A DNA stretch of 64,000 bases from Dendrobates tinctorius (lineage: Eukaryota), in contig NW_027361738.1 of NCBI RefSeq assembly GCF_039654945.1, positions 65,100,001 through 65,164,000 of the forward strand. The letters run 5' to 3'. Both the position numbers and the translations under genes were made by a program. The notes below the pieces were generated by a model. The model ran no database searches. It worked only from the letters and a program-made list of their open reading frames with translations, and was not told the origin of the DNA. Positions within the stretch are counted from its first letter, which is position 1; the number at the start of each line of letters is the position of its first letter. Shown here one piece after another: positions 11,426 to 24,350 of the stretch.

Positions 11426-12019
11426 GTAACATTGCTGTATACGTCACACATGCTCTTAACATAACAGGAAAGAGTACATAATTTATACACTGCATTAATA
11501 ATAGGCCGTATCAATCATCTCAAGCGGCAGCTACCATATACTTAGTAAGCACTCCCACTGATCTATACCGTCTTGTGGAAGCTCCACATAGTGTTATACC
11601 TAATGCATTGGATATATAATATGCTATAAACATGGCAATTACCTATTCTGAAGGAGACATTTTAGCTTCAGAAGTAAATGCACCCTCTGTAAAAAAAAAA
11701 AAAAACAAACACATTCACAATGATCTGTAGGAATTTCACACATATTAGGTAAAAGTCACCCGAACCCAATGTCTAAGGGCCCTTCTGACTCTCCCATGTC
11801 AAGTGATGTAAGGGGAAAGAAGGATAGAGGCAACTGGAATTTTTTTGCTTGATTCTTTTGTTCTACAAGCAAATAAACTGTGTCCTAATGAGTTTGGCAG
11901 CGGCTTACTCCACTCTCCCCATAGAGAACACAAGTGCACTTGGCTGAGCCCGAAATTCATGTGTATGGGGGAACGGAAGAGATAGCTGTTGGTTGAACAG
12001 CTGTGTATGGGCATTTTTA

Positions 12020-12472
12020 AGTATCCTAAACCTAGCTATTAAGTATTCGAAAGTTGCCGATAAAGAAGGAATCAAAATTGCCGGACAAAACGTCAACAAT
12101 ATTAAATATGCAGACGATACAACGTTGATAGCAAAGATTGACTGCCACTCAACACAAAGAAGGAAAAGATATTCACTATTGCCAGGTACAACCGGGACAC
12201 ATTAGAGATGGACATTGACGGACTAGAAGTTGTAAAGGACTTCAACCTCCCCGGATCAATGATCCCTCAAGGTGCAGTAGCGACACCGGTAGTCAATAGG
12301 AGAAGAACTATGGTGAAATCAACAATGAAGTCACTGGACAAGGTCTTCAAGTCGAGGAACAATTCACTGCCACTAATAACTCAGACTCATACATAATTTG
12401 CTTTTCTGTCGTAACATACCTGGATGATAAAAAGACAAGACAGAAGAAGAATTGACAAATTCAAAATGTTGT
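12020..12472 (+). mobile_element. RTE-clade LINE fragment (RT region), decayed
   Basis: GIKIAGQNVNNIKYADDTTLIA, VVKDFNLPGSMI, LDKVFKSR and KRQDRRRIDKF resemble RTE/BovB ORF motifs. Confidence 0.75.
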
Positions 12473-13115
12473 TGTCAAGAACACCGCACTGCACTTGCTC
12501 ACTGAGCCAGTGCGCGTTTCCTGAGTACAAAGACTGTGCACAAAGATACCTGCGGAGCGGGGTCTCAGTGGTGACGATACATGCTCCAAGCTCACAGGAC
12601 CTGAAGCATGTGACTGCTGGGGGCGTGGCCTTAGCACCACAGAGCCAGGAGCTGCAGCGACAACCCTAGAAAGGTAACTACAGGGCAATGTTACCAAGGG
12701 GCACAGACAGAAACCAGATCAAGCTGGGTCAGAGCATGAGATAGCAAAGGATTAGACAGAATGGATAGTCAGGACGTAGCAACAGATCAGAAAACCAGAA
12801 CGGGCAATAGACGGTACAATAGGGACAAACCGTAACGGAGTAACGATAGCCAAGCCAGGAGGTCAGAACCAGAAAAGACAATAGTACCAAAACGAGAGAC
12901 AGAGTACAGAGTGAGGGAACGGACCGGGTCATACACGGGAAGCAAACAAGCAACGCAGAATACACGCACACCAGGGGTCAGACACACCAGAACAACAGTA
13001 TAGCTGACAGAACCCTGGTAAAGAGTGAGTATAAATACCCCTCCCAGATCCATAAAGAGGCCATGAACACTTAACCCTGTGAGTGCAGGGCAAGAGCCCT
13101 GTTCAAACCATGACA
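12473..13115 (-). repeat. 3' LTR of the Gypsy element
   Basis: TG...CA termini. The first 33 bp are identical to 17161-17193. Confidence 0.85.
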
Positions 13116-13162
13116 GTACCCCCCTCTTAACAGGGGGCCACTGGCCCCCCAGGCTTGTCTGG

Positions 13163-16100
13163 TTATCTGGCATGGAAGGTCCGCACCAGACGATTAGCAT
13201 GCACCGAACTGGCCGGAACCCATGACCGATCCTCCAGAGAGTACCCCTTCCAGTGTATCAGATACCGGTGTCTCCGACGCACCCAGCGGGAGTCGACAAT
13301 GTGCCCTACTTCATACTCCAGCTGCCCCTCTACCAGCACTGGTGGAGCATTTGATGAGGGATCCTCTCTCACCGTCCCCACAGGCTTTAACGGGGACCTG
13401 TGGAAGACATCAGAAATTTTAAAGGAGGTGGGCAGCTGCAGTCGGTAGGCGACTGGGTTAAAACCTCCACAACTTTGTATGGGCCAATATACTTGGGGCC
13501 CAGCTTTATAAATGCAATCTTAAGCTTGATATTGTGGGTGGATAGCCACACCTTCTCCCCTACTGCAAATGCTGAACCTGGCCCCCTCCTCCTGTCAGCA
13601 AACCGCTTATAGTTTTCCTGGGCCTTGGAAATATTCCTCTGAACCTCCCTCCAAAGAATTCTAAGACGTTGTGTCGCACCCTCAGCTCCAGGACAACCTG
13701 AATCCATGCGGGAAAACTCTCCAAAATGTGGGTTAAACCCATAGTTGATCTGAAAGGGAGACTTCCCAGTAGATTGACTCACACGACCGTTGATTGCAAA
13801 CTCTGCCATGGGCAATACCTCACACCAGTCCTCCTGCCTGAAAGAGGCCAAGCATCTCAGAATCTGCTCCAACGATTGGTTTGTGCGCTCCGTTGGAGCC
13901 CAGCTTTTTGCAAAAAGCCCTCCAGAACCTGGCTACAAACTGTACCCCTCTGTCAGAAACCACATTCATAGGCAGTCCATGCAACCGAATTATATGCTGC
14001 ATAAATAAGCGGGCCAGGATTTCAGCAGATGGTAACGCGGGGAGAGGTACAAAGTGGGCTTGTTTTGAAAACCTATCCACCACCACCCATATCACCGAGT
14101 TGCCCCTGGAAGGAGGAAGATTTGTGATAAAATCCATGGACAAATGTGTCCATGGTCTATCCGGAATTGGCAAAGGCACCAACTCCCCGGCCGGCCGGAC
14201 TTGAGAACTTTTAGAACGAGCGCACACCCCACATGCAGTCACAAACTTTTTAATATCTGTTACCATACAGGGCCACCAAAACCCCTCACAATTGCCGCCC
14301 GAATCAAAGCTTCAGGATAAGGCATCAGCCTTGATGTTTTTAGATCCCGGGCGGAATGTGATGGTAAACTGAAATTGAGAAAAAAAAGCGCCCACCGAGC
14401 CTGTCTGGGGGGGGGGTCAATCTCTTGGCAGACTCTATATAGGCCAAATTTTTGTGATCAGTGATGACTGTAATGGGATGAATGGCCCCCTCCAGGAAAT
14501 GCCTCCATTCTTCAAAGGCCAACTTTACCGCCAACTCTCTATTGCCGACATCGTAATTTCTCTCGGCAGAGGAAAATTTTTTAGAGAAGAAGGCGCAAGG
14601 CCTCAGATTAGTAAGGGTAGAAGGGCCCTGAGACAAAACTGCCCCCACCCCTACTTCCGAGGCGTCAACCTCCACAATAAAAGGTCTTGACGAGTCGGGT
14701 TGTACCATTTCAGGGGCTGAAGAAAAGCACTTTTTTAATGTCATGAAAGAATTTTTTACAGCTACAGATCAATTTTTTACATCAGCCCCCTTGAGAGTGA
14801 GGTCCGTTAGAGGCTTTACCACCTGCGAGAAGCCCTTAATAAATTTCCTATAAAAGTTAGCAAAGCCTAAAAATTGCTGCAACCCTTTCAAGTCATGAGG
14901 CTGCACCCAATCCGTAACAGCCTGGACCTTCTTAGGATCCATGTGGAAACCCTCCCCTGACACAGTCAACCCCAGAAAGGATACTTCTTGCATGAAAAAT
15001 GAGCATTTTTCCAACTTAGCATACAAATGATTCTCCCTCAGTCTCAGGAGAACCATCCGCAAATGGTGCAAGAGAGATTGACTGTCCACCGAGTACACCA
15101 GAATGTCATCCAAATAGATGACCACAAAACGACCAATTAAATCAGAGAAAATTACATTAATAAAATTCTGAAAAACAGCAGGAGCATTGGTGAGACCAAA
15201 GGGCATAACCAAGTTTTCGAACAGCCCTTCAGTCGTCAGGAATGCTGTTTTCCATTCGTCCCCTTCCCGGACTCTTATAAGGTTATATGCCCCACGTAAA
15301 TCCAGTTTAGAGAACCACTTGGCCCCGGTGAGTTGGTTACATAGATCAGGAATTAGGGGGAGAGGGTATGTATTTTTCACAGTAATTTTGTTTAATTCCC
15401 GAAAGTCGAGGCACGGCCAAAAAAACCACCATCTTTTTTTCTTAACAAAAAAGAAGCCTGCCGCCACAGGTGAAACAGAAGGCCTAATATGCCCTTTGCG
15501 GAGACTCTCGGTAATGTACTCCTTCATGGCTAGACGTTCGGGCCTGGACAAATTGAACAGGCGAGCCTTGGGTAACTTGGCTCCAGGGACTAGATAAATG
15601 GCACAATCAAAGGGTCTATGTGGTGGTAGCGCCTCAGCCTCACTTTCAGAAAATACATCTTCAAAATCTTTCAGGTACTCCGGAATACCTTCCAGATCGA
15701 CAGACGACACTGACATAGATTTTACCGGGGTGACAAGAGTTGTCAAGTTACAACATAGACCATTAGACATACAACCCCACTGAATGATCTCCCCCGTGAC
15801 CCAGTCAATAGTAGGATTGTGACGTTGAAGCCAAGGCATACCCAGTACCAGTCTAGCCAGCAGATTATTTAGAACAAAACACCTTAATTTTTCCACGTGA
15901 GTGGAACCCAGTTTCAGCGAAAAGGTATCAGTCATGAAACAAATTCCCTCCTGGGTGATAGGAGAAGAATCAATTGCCACAATTTTAACAGGATCTTTTA
16001 ACCTGACTGTCCCTATCTTATGAAAAGTCACAACTTTGGCATCAGATTAATAGAAGAACCACAGTCAACAAAGGCGGTAGTCCCAACCGGACCGCCTGTA

Positions 16101-16199
16101 AGTTCTAGTTCCACCGGAAGCAGAATTTTAGTAAGTGAGGAAAAGGGTACCTGGGAGTCTGGGCAACCTTCTCGATTGACTGAGTCTGGGTAACATTTT
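13163..16199 (-). pseudogene. Gypsy pol (protease, RT, RNase H, integrase, chromodomain), disrupted
   Basis: AFVDCGSS; KLDLRGAYNLIR, MPFGLTNAP, YLDD; [12 protein letters not shown]; SMDFIT, VSDRGVQF; GPKYIGPY; YEVGHIVDSR...YLIHWKGY...SWVP chromodomain. Confidence 0.92.
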
Positions 16200-17086
16200 C
16201 CTGACGGCTTCACTGAAGAAGGGCAAGAAGGACAGTTCCTTCTACAATCTCCAGCGGATCCACAGTAAAAGCACAATTGGTTGTTTCTACGGCATCTCCT
16301 CTCTTTTTCCTCCAATGACGTGACACCAACCTCCATGGGCTCAGGACTAGATGCAGTCTCTCAGATTGGCGAATAAAGGGGTCTCCTGCAGCATGTCCCC
16401 TCTTGCCCGCAGCCTACGGTCCATGCGGACAGCCTGGATCATAGCGTCCTCCAAAGAATCCGGTGGAGGATGAAGGGCTAGGGCATCTTTCAAACGTTCA
16501 GACAGGCCTCTACAGAACAAACCCCGGAGGGCAGCATCATCCCAGGAGACCTCCGCTGCCCAGCGTCTGAACTCAGAGCAGAACCATTCAGCAGAGTGCC
16601 TCCCCTGTGTCACACTCATCAACATATCTTCTGCCAGACGCACTCTATCAGGCTCATCATAAATGTGCCCCAGAGCCTCAAAGAACAAATTCACAGACAT
16701 ACGTTCAGGAGCAGAGGAAGAGAGAGAGAAAGCCCATGCCTGTGGAACCCCCCGAAGTAGGGAAATGACGACCCCCACCCTCTGGAACTCATCCCCGGAG
16801 GAGCGGGGCCTCAGAGAAAAAAAAAAAAAAGCTTGCATCCTTCTCTGAACGACCTGAACTCCCTTTTATCTCCTGAGAAAGGGTCTGGCAATTTGACCGG
16901 AGATTCAGGGGATGCCAATGACACATCTCTGTCCCCAGCACTAGAAGCCCCTGCAGCGACAGCCCCCTGCACAGTATCCACCAACTGTTGCTGGGTATGG
17001 GCCATCGTGCGCTGTTCCACATTAAGTCTGTGGAACATTTGGGTCAGGTGCTTGACCTGATCAGCCAAAGCTTGTATGGGATCCAT
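16200..17086 (-). pseudogene. Gypsy gag (frameshifted)
   Basis: MDPIQALADQV..., KLPDPFSGDKREFRSF, LLRGVPQAWA, and zinc knuckle CFYCGSAGDCRRNC (His lost). Frameshift at an A homopolymer and a stop codon. Confidence 0.85.
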
Positions 17087-17194
17087 GAGGATAATACACT
17101 TTTTTTTTTTTCTTCAGAGGAAAAAAAAAAAACAAAAAACACTGAAATGGTCAGCTATAATGTCAAGAACACCGCACTGCACTTGCTCACTGAC

Positions 17195-18025
17195 CTTACA
17201 GACACCTCTCCATTACTAAGCCGTGGGCTTGATGTCACCGGACAATACAAAGGTGACATCAACCCCACTAATATGAACCCCACTTGCCACCGCTATAGGG
17301 CAAGGGGGAATAGCCAGGCAAAGTGCCAGAATTGGTGCATCTAACAGATGCACCTTTCCTAGGTGGCTGCGGGCTGCTATTTTTAGGATGGGGGGCCCAA
17401 TATCCATGGCCCCTTACCAGCCTGAGAATACTAGCCCCAGTTGTCTGCTTTAGCTTGGTTCATTGTCAAAATTACTCCATGTCTTTTTTTAAAGTATTTA
17501 TTTAAATAATTTAAAAAAACCGTGTAAACCCCTCTATTCTTAATAACCAACCTTGGTAAAGCTGACAGCTGTCAGTTTTGCCTCGCTGGTTATCAAAGAT
17601 ACAGGGGAACCTACGCTGTCCTTTTTATTTATTTAGTGCGCAGGCAGTGGCTGATGAATACTCCCATCAGCCACTACCTGCTCTTGCTGTTATTAGCGGC
17701 AGCATGCGTTGGCTGATAGGAGCAGTAGTCCCATCAGCCGACGCCAGTGACTGGAGGTAAACTTTTTACCCTCGATCACAGCTGCGGGCTCACGCTATCA
17801 TTTTACAGTGTGGAAACCGTGGCTGTCTCACCGGCGGTAATGATTTTACCACCGATCAGAGGCAGTGTTTGACATGCACTTGACAGCGTGAGAAACACCT
17901 GGTGTTTTCGGGGGACCGAACCCGAACAGTAACACAGATCTCCTGATGAAGGCCATGTTCGGTGTCTGTGCCCAAACAGTAGGTGTTCAGTAAGGATGTT
18001 TACTGTTCGGGTTTGCCCATCGCTA
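17195..18025. mobile_element. Non-autonomous DNA element, right half (TAGTGATGAGCGAAC-type TIR family)
   Basis: Ends ...GTTCGGGTTTGCCCATCGCTA. The internal module is shared with 22667-24350. The same 3' end recurs at about 9260-9448. Confidence 0.55.
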
Positions 18026-18226
18026 ATCATGGGGAATACAAGTATTTCAAGCTGAAAAACCTTATTTAAAAGAAATTCTTTCAGATGGAGATTCACTTGA
18101 CTTAAAACAAAGTATAAAATGTTCTTCATTTCCCCTTTGAACTAGATAAAATGTGTACTGTTGTAATCCTCTTTAAAAAATTTGGATGTGCCTGATGTAT
18201 TGGGATTCTCCTTGACTGCTCTACAG

Positions 18227-18411
18227 CAGTGGTTCCCAAACTCCAGTCCTCGCGGACCCCAACAGGTCATGTTTTCAGGATTTCCATATAGATACACATG
18301 TGAGAGAATTCCTGATGCCTTGATAATACTTCTATCACCTGTGAAATACTAAGGAAATCCTGAAAACATGACATGTTGGGGTCCGCGAGGACTGGAGTTT
18401 GGGAACCACTG
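18227..18411. mobile_element. hAT (Charlie-like) palindromic MITE
   Basis: CAGTGGTTCCCAAACTCCAGTCCTCGCGGACCCCAACA arms with a perfect 8-bp TSD, CTCTACAG. Confidence 0.9.
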
Positions 18412-18514
18412 CTCTACAGTGCATGGAGCAACCATCGGAAGATTTAGAAAATAGACGTCTACACTTCTCACATTGTTGCTTCTCTTTTTCTATTATTGTT
18501 TTTTTACTCTTCAG

Positions 18515-18661
18515 GATTATGGTTCTACTCCTGAGTATTTAACAAAGAGAAATGAAGAAGTTCAGAGAGCTCAAGAGGAATACGATGCCTATGTGAAGGA
18601 ACGGCTTAGGATGGGAGCCATGAAGCAGCTCTCTGAAGAAGAAAGGCAGAGTGTGATTGAG
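18515..18661 (+). CDS. ENKUR: Enkurin, coding exon 4
   Basis: DYGSTPEYLTKRNEEVQRAQEEYDAYV...MKQLSEEERQSVIE. Acceptor TTCAG|, donor |GTAATG; 147 nt. Confidence 0.93.
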
Positions 18662-19429
18662 GTAATGAGGTCTATGTTGAAGTCTTATATGCAGGCACTT
18701 TTGGACACCCAAAGTCATTTTCTGTTTTTTTATTTTCAAATTCTGTCTCTCACAGTTGAAGTGAACCTACAATAAAAAGTATAGACCTCTCCATCTTTTG
18801 TAGGTGGAAAAACTTGCAAAATGGGCAGTGTATCAAATACTTACCGTATTTTTCCCACTGTACATGACTCAATTAAACATGATTATAAAACATGTACACA
18901 TAGAAAACAAGTAGGTAAACTAAATCGGACTGATTCAACAAAGTAATCAAATTGCAAGGTAATAAGGCATATCACATGTAAATCTGATATACTTAAAGGC
19001 TTATTTACCCCAAGCAGCATAATCGGTATGATAAGTAATCACCAGATAGAAGACAGAGGCAGTGTCCACTAACAGAAAGCAACAGTTCAAAAAGTAAATA
19101 TACTAAGATAGACCAGAGTCCAAATATCTAGACATGGTTCATCCATTAAACCCAACTTACGTTTCGCAAATGACTTAGTTGGTGGTGAAAAAGGTCTTTA
19201 TGCAACCTTAGAGTAATAAGAGAATTACATAATGAAATAAAATTACACAGGTGAACATTCATGGGCTGAAAAATGAATCAAAGTAAGTATATCCAGGCTG
19301 GCAGCACTTGCGTGCCCCACACAACAGAGTTAGCACATGTGCAGAGGCATAAGGTTGTACATCAGCGCATGCACCAAGGATGAGGGAGTCATGTGGCTTG
19401 GAAGATGTCCAGCAGTACCATCAGCTCAG

Positions 19430-19800
19430 TACTGGCAACATCCACTAGGACCCAGATACACCAATTTACTGTTCGGAGTTCTAAGTCTAGATAAAAGTGG
19501 TCTTCATGGAAGAATTGCAGCTCAAATCCATACCTTCCACATGAAAACAAGACTAGTGAATCAATTATGTACAAAACCTAGGAACTGGAGTGCAGTAAAA
19601 TGGCCAAAGGTGCTCAGAACTGAGTCAAAATGTGAACTATTTAGCTGTAACCAAAGGCAGTTTGGTCACCGGAGGTCTTGAGAGCGGCACAATAATGAGG
19701 GTCTGCAGGAACAGTAAAGCATGGAGGAGCTTTCTTGCAAGTTTGGTGCTGCATTTCAGCAAATGAGAAATACAAGGAGATACTTACCTATCATGTCAAT
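19430..19800 (+). mobile_element. Old Tc1-like transposase fragment
   Basis: Decayed motifs GLHGRIAA, NWSAVKWPKVLRTESK, and TVKHGG..LQVW. Boundaries are approximate. Confidence 0.5.
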
Positions 19801-20314
19801 ATGCTCAGGTAAACGAAAATGTGACGTTGGAGACGGAGCCATAAATCAGAACTGCAATATTTAACACAAGAAAGCACAACACTGGTGAAGTGATAATAAC
19901 CACCTAAAAACAAGTGCGAAATGGGAGGTTGTCACCCAAAAAATGTATCTTCATTTCACTAGTTTTGATCTTTACTTTGCTCAATGTTGTAAATATTGGG
20001 GGGAAAGGTGTCTGACCCCCATTTTTGTCACAGATAAGAACAGTAGAAGTGCTGTCATCCATGTCGAGGGGTCTACTAATGCAGCACATTCATGTAATGA
20101 TTGGGACTGGGCAGCAGTAGCAGACACGTGAGTGCGGATGCACAGCCCTGTTTGATCCGAGGCTGCATTACTGCAGCTGATCTTCCACCATACTGCACAT
20201 TGGGTCTGGTCATATGGTTAGACCTTGATCTGTTTATTATTTGTCCCACAAGTTGACGGTTTTGTGCTCTCATGTACGACTTATGTCCCAACTACATTTT
20301 TCTTCTTTTTATAG

Positions 20315-20488
20315 GGAATGAAGAAAAACTGGGATCATTTCCACCATGAGTATCAAGGGCTCTCAGTTGTGATTGATACAGTCCCCAAGAAAGCGCACAA
20401 GGAGAGGCTGGAGGCCGAAATGAGACAGTTGGAGCGAGATATTGAGATGATTGAACGACACAAAATCATCTACATCGCTAATAACTAA
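20315..20488 (+). CDS. ENKUR: Enkurin, coding exon 5 (last, includes stop)
   Basis: GMKKNWDHFHHEYQGLSVVIDTVPKKAHKERLEAEMRQLERDIEMIERHKIIYIANN*, the enkurin domain C-terminus. Acceptor ATAG|. Confidence 0.93.
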   Translation, partial: GMKKNWDHFHHEYQGLSVVIDTVPKKAHKERLEAEMRQLERDIEMIERHKIIYIANN

Positions 20489-20554
20489 ATACACACCACT
20501 CATGTACAGTGTGCACAGAAAGCATAGAAGAGACTAGCACTTCTAGTGGAAGAT

Positions 20555-20560
20555 AATAAA
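20555..20560 (+). terminator. Candidate polyadenylation signal for ENKUR
   Basis: AATAAA 67 nt after the stop codon, with a second signal ATTAAA at about 20599. Confidence 0.5.
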
Positions 20561-21712
20561 TTATATTATGAGTAATTCTTTATTTTGCACTTGATTACAT
20601 TAAAAGTGTACAAATATATATATTATATAAGTGGGAGAGAAAAGCAGCAGCATGCTAGTAGTGTGGTGCAGGGTCCAGGGCACTGACAGCTTGTCCTCCA
20701 AGTCAGCACCGCTCTATAGTAGTCCCCAGCTTGTCCTATGGGCATGTACACGAAATGAACCCTTCTTTTCCATCTTTTTAAGAGCAAACGACCTTGGTTT
20801 GTCTGTAATGGCATATTCACATGTGTGATTTTCCACATATGGGAAAAACAGATAGATTATCCTAATCAGACTTTGATCAGAGTGTGGTCCAATGGGCAGA
20901 GTGTCATCTGATTTTCTCGTACATGGAGGAATAAAAAAGTTTTGCCACCGGCAGTGAAAAATGGACCATACTTGGATGACATCCAAATCCTGTTCAATGT
21001 TTTTCACAAACCCATTGAGCTGTATAGATGATTTCGTTCCAACCCTTGAATCAAAATCGGATATGTCTCTGATATTTTCCACTGACCACTCAATCCGAGG
21101 TAAAAAAATAAAAAAATCGGACATGTGAATATCATAAGTACGAGTGCTATCCATAAAAATCACAGATAGCACTCGTACGTGAAAACTGGACATCTAAATG
21201 TGTAAAGTAGCTTTTGCAGATGAAGCCCACATGAGCTAAACATTAGGACAAATTCAGACCTCCATGAAACATCCTCTGAGTAAGTAAGGAGTAGGACTGA
21301 TAGTCATATATGAAGGTGTTGAGTTCGGGTCAGGACACCTGTGACCATTCTGGCCTTCACTCTCCGTACTTAGACCGTGTTTGATAGATATCTGAATTCG
21401 GCCTAAAGACAGCGAGATTCCTGATTGGCTGCCAAACCCAACCAGCAATTGGCTGGGACTTTGGAGGCTGCAATTGACTAGAAGTGCCGTCCATCAACTC
21501 AGTTGTAAGTTGGGGGTCACACATCCATTTTTCATGGGCCAAGGAGAGACCAAGATGCATAGTGGCCATGGATTTCCTGACCCAAACTTAACTGCCTCAT
21601 AGGCATATGTAAGACTGTAAGGTTTGGATCAGGAGAACCATGGGCCTTATATTGGCTTTCACCAAAGCTGAAGCAGCAGCACATGGCAGAGAGTTCTTTA
21701 TTTCAATTACTT

Positions 21713-21910
21713 GCAATCTAAATTCCCTATCAGTATGTCTTTGGAGTGAGATCAGAAACCGGAGATCCCGGAGGAAATCCTCGCAAACACGGGGAGAACA
21801 TACAAACTCCTTGCAGATGATGTCCTTGGTGGGATTTGAACTCAGGTCCCCAGCGCTGCAAAGCAACAGTGCTAACCACTGAGCCACCATACAGTGCCAA
21901 CCACTGAGCC
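21713..21910 (-). mobile_element. tRNA-derived SINE, copy 2 (tail missing, A-box end duplicated)
   Basis: Colinear with 4878-5048. Confidence 0.78.
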
Positions 21911-22666
21911 ATCCTTCCGCCATGAGATGGTTATGAACCCCTGTAATGAACATTACTCAGATTTTCTTGTGGACCATAATCTAGAGGGCTCCAAGAAAAA
22001 AAAACATACATTCACATGTTGAGGTATTGTGAGGACATGGAAAGCTTATTAGGATACAGAGGAGACAGCTGAGGAAGTAACCAGGGCTGACTTGAGCCAT
22101 TTTAAAGAAACAACCACTGAGGGTCATAAATACCAGGAGAACAGGTTTTAAAACAGTGAAATCTGACTCAGCTCAGAGCCATTTACCTACACAAAAACCG
22201 GCTCAGTGACCCATGTGCTTCTGCAGATGTAAGACCTCGCTGCAGATGGATAATAATGCTCCTACAGAAGGAAAAATTATTGAAGGAAAGATTTTAGAGG
22301 TTTCTAATACAAAATATCAGATGTAGGATTGCAATTAATGGCCCCAAACAATTTGAATGTATGGAAATACTTCTTCATAAGGCACCTGGCACATGTCCAC
22401 AAGTCCGTAATCTGGAGCAAATAAATTTACTACAGAAGGCAGCACAGAGTAGTTTGACAATTATCACTTTTGTAGGAAGCCCATGTGACTGTCAGAAGTG
22501 AATGATTTTCATTAGCCACAATACAAGGCAGCTTGTGAATGTTATATTAATGGCCATCACATGTCACTAGAGAAACCCCCTATACCTCCGGCAAAAACAA
22601 GCCCTGATATAGCCTCATCTCCTACCCAACCCTGCAGAGATTACTGGCTGTCATCCATTCAGCAGC

Positions 22667-24350
22667 AGAGATGAGCGAACCCCTGGCTTGATGTTCGGGT
22701 TCGTCGAACAATTAAAAAAAGGTTCAGTTCGTGTACGAGGACATTACCCAAGCCCGAATCCGAAACTGGACCCCAGTCGCTGGAATGGGGGGCCAGGACA
22801 TCCAGTGTATGCCACGCTGTCGTGTGCATGACAGTGTGGAAAACACTGCCTCTGATTGTCAGTTAAATCATTACCCCCAGAGAGCCGCGGTTCTCATGCT
22901 GTCAAATGACAGCGTGAGCCCCACAGCTGTGAGCTGTCTACCTCCGGTCACTGCTGTCAGCTGATGAGACTACTCCCATCAGCCAATGACTACTGCCGCT
23001 AATAATTGCAAGACCAGGCAGCGACTGATGGGAGTAGTCATCAGCCGGCGCCTGCGCTCTAAATACTTAATTTAAACAAAAAAAACAGCATGGGTTCCCC
23101 TGTATTTTTGATAACCAGCCAGGCAAAACTGACAGCTGTGGGTTGCAACTCTCAGCTGTCAGCTTTAGCTAGGTTGGTGATCAAGAATATAAAATAAAGA
23201 AATGTCTCCCAATGAACTGCGGTGAGCTCACCTCTGCACCGTAAGACTTTTTCTCAGTGTGCTAGCAGTGATCTCACCAAGGTCCCCGCAGTTCAGGGGC
23301 TTGGCTGGGAACACAGGCTCAGTTACTGGCAGTAAATTTGATGATGTCACTGCTGGTCATTGAGGCTGCGCTCACAGCAGTTCATTCCCCAGTGGTTCTC
23401 AGCCTGGACGGTCGCATCTTGGCACCCTGCAGATTGAAAACTGTTATCTCCAGACAATGATTATGGCATGGGATCGAACGACAGACAGGTAAGGAATGAT
23501 ATTGTTTTTTATTTTCTATTTATTACAAGAGACGAGGGATTCAGTGGAATTAGGCGTTACGCCAGTATAATTGTGTTTATTTTTAAATAAAAATGGAAAA
23601 GTGTGCTTTGTTTATATTTCAAATAAAAGACTTTATTTTGGCTGTGTGTTTATTTACATATACAGTAACTATAGGATTAGTAATGGATAAGTGTCTTATA
23701 GACACCCCTCCATTACTAAAGACATGGGTTTGATGTCTCTGGATAATACAATGGTGACATCAATCCAACAAATATGGACCCCACTTGCCAACACCATAAG
23801 GCAAGTGGGAAGAGCTGGGCAAAGTGCCAGAATTGGAGCATCTAATAGATGGCTGCTATTTTTAGGCTAACGGAGCCAACATCTATGGCTCCTTACCAGC
23901 CTGAGAATACCAGCCCCCAGCTGTCTGCTTCAGCTTGGCTGGTTGTCAAAAATGCGGGGGACCCCAGGACGTTTTATTCAAATATTTTTTTAAACAATTA
24001 AAAAAAAATGGCGTGAGGACCCTCTATTCTTGATAAACAGCCTTGGTAAAGCTGACAGCTGAAGGTTGCAGCATTTTAGCTGTTAGATTTGCCTGGCTGA
24101 TAATTGAAAAAACAAAACAGGTGAACTCAAGCACTTTTTTTATTATTATTTATTTAGATTACAGGAAGTGGCTGATGAATACTCCCATCAGTCGCTGCCT
24201 GCTCTGTTATTAGCGGCAGCAGTAGTCCCATCAGCTGACACCAGTGACCGGAGGTAAACTGTTTACCTCCGATCACAGCCACAACCTCACACTGTCATTT
24301 GACAGCGTGGGAAGTGCGGCTCCCTGACTGGCGGAAATTATTTACAGTAC
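22667..24350. mobile_element. Non-autonomous DNA element (AGAGATGAGCGAAC TIR) with internal inverted arms
   Basis: The 5' arm (about 22800-23180) is inverted relative to about 24020-24330. The central module recurs elsewhere in the window. The right end is approximate. Confidence 0.55.

Larger units (their letters stand above)
12473..17193 (-). mobile_element. Gypsy chromovirus (Sushi-like) LTR retrotransposon with truncated 5' LTR
   Basis: 3' LTR at 12473-13115 (TGTCA...TGACA) next to a PPT (GAGGGGGGTAC on -). Only 33 bp of the 5' LTR remains (17161-17193). Domain order gag-PR-RT-RH-IN-chromo. Confidence 0.92.

Noticed and set aside
19145-19190. Third hammerhead-like remnant (ACGTTTCG...)
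   Set aside because: Only the GAAACG half is recognisable, with no CUGANGA core or clear stems.
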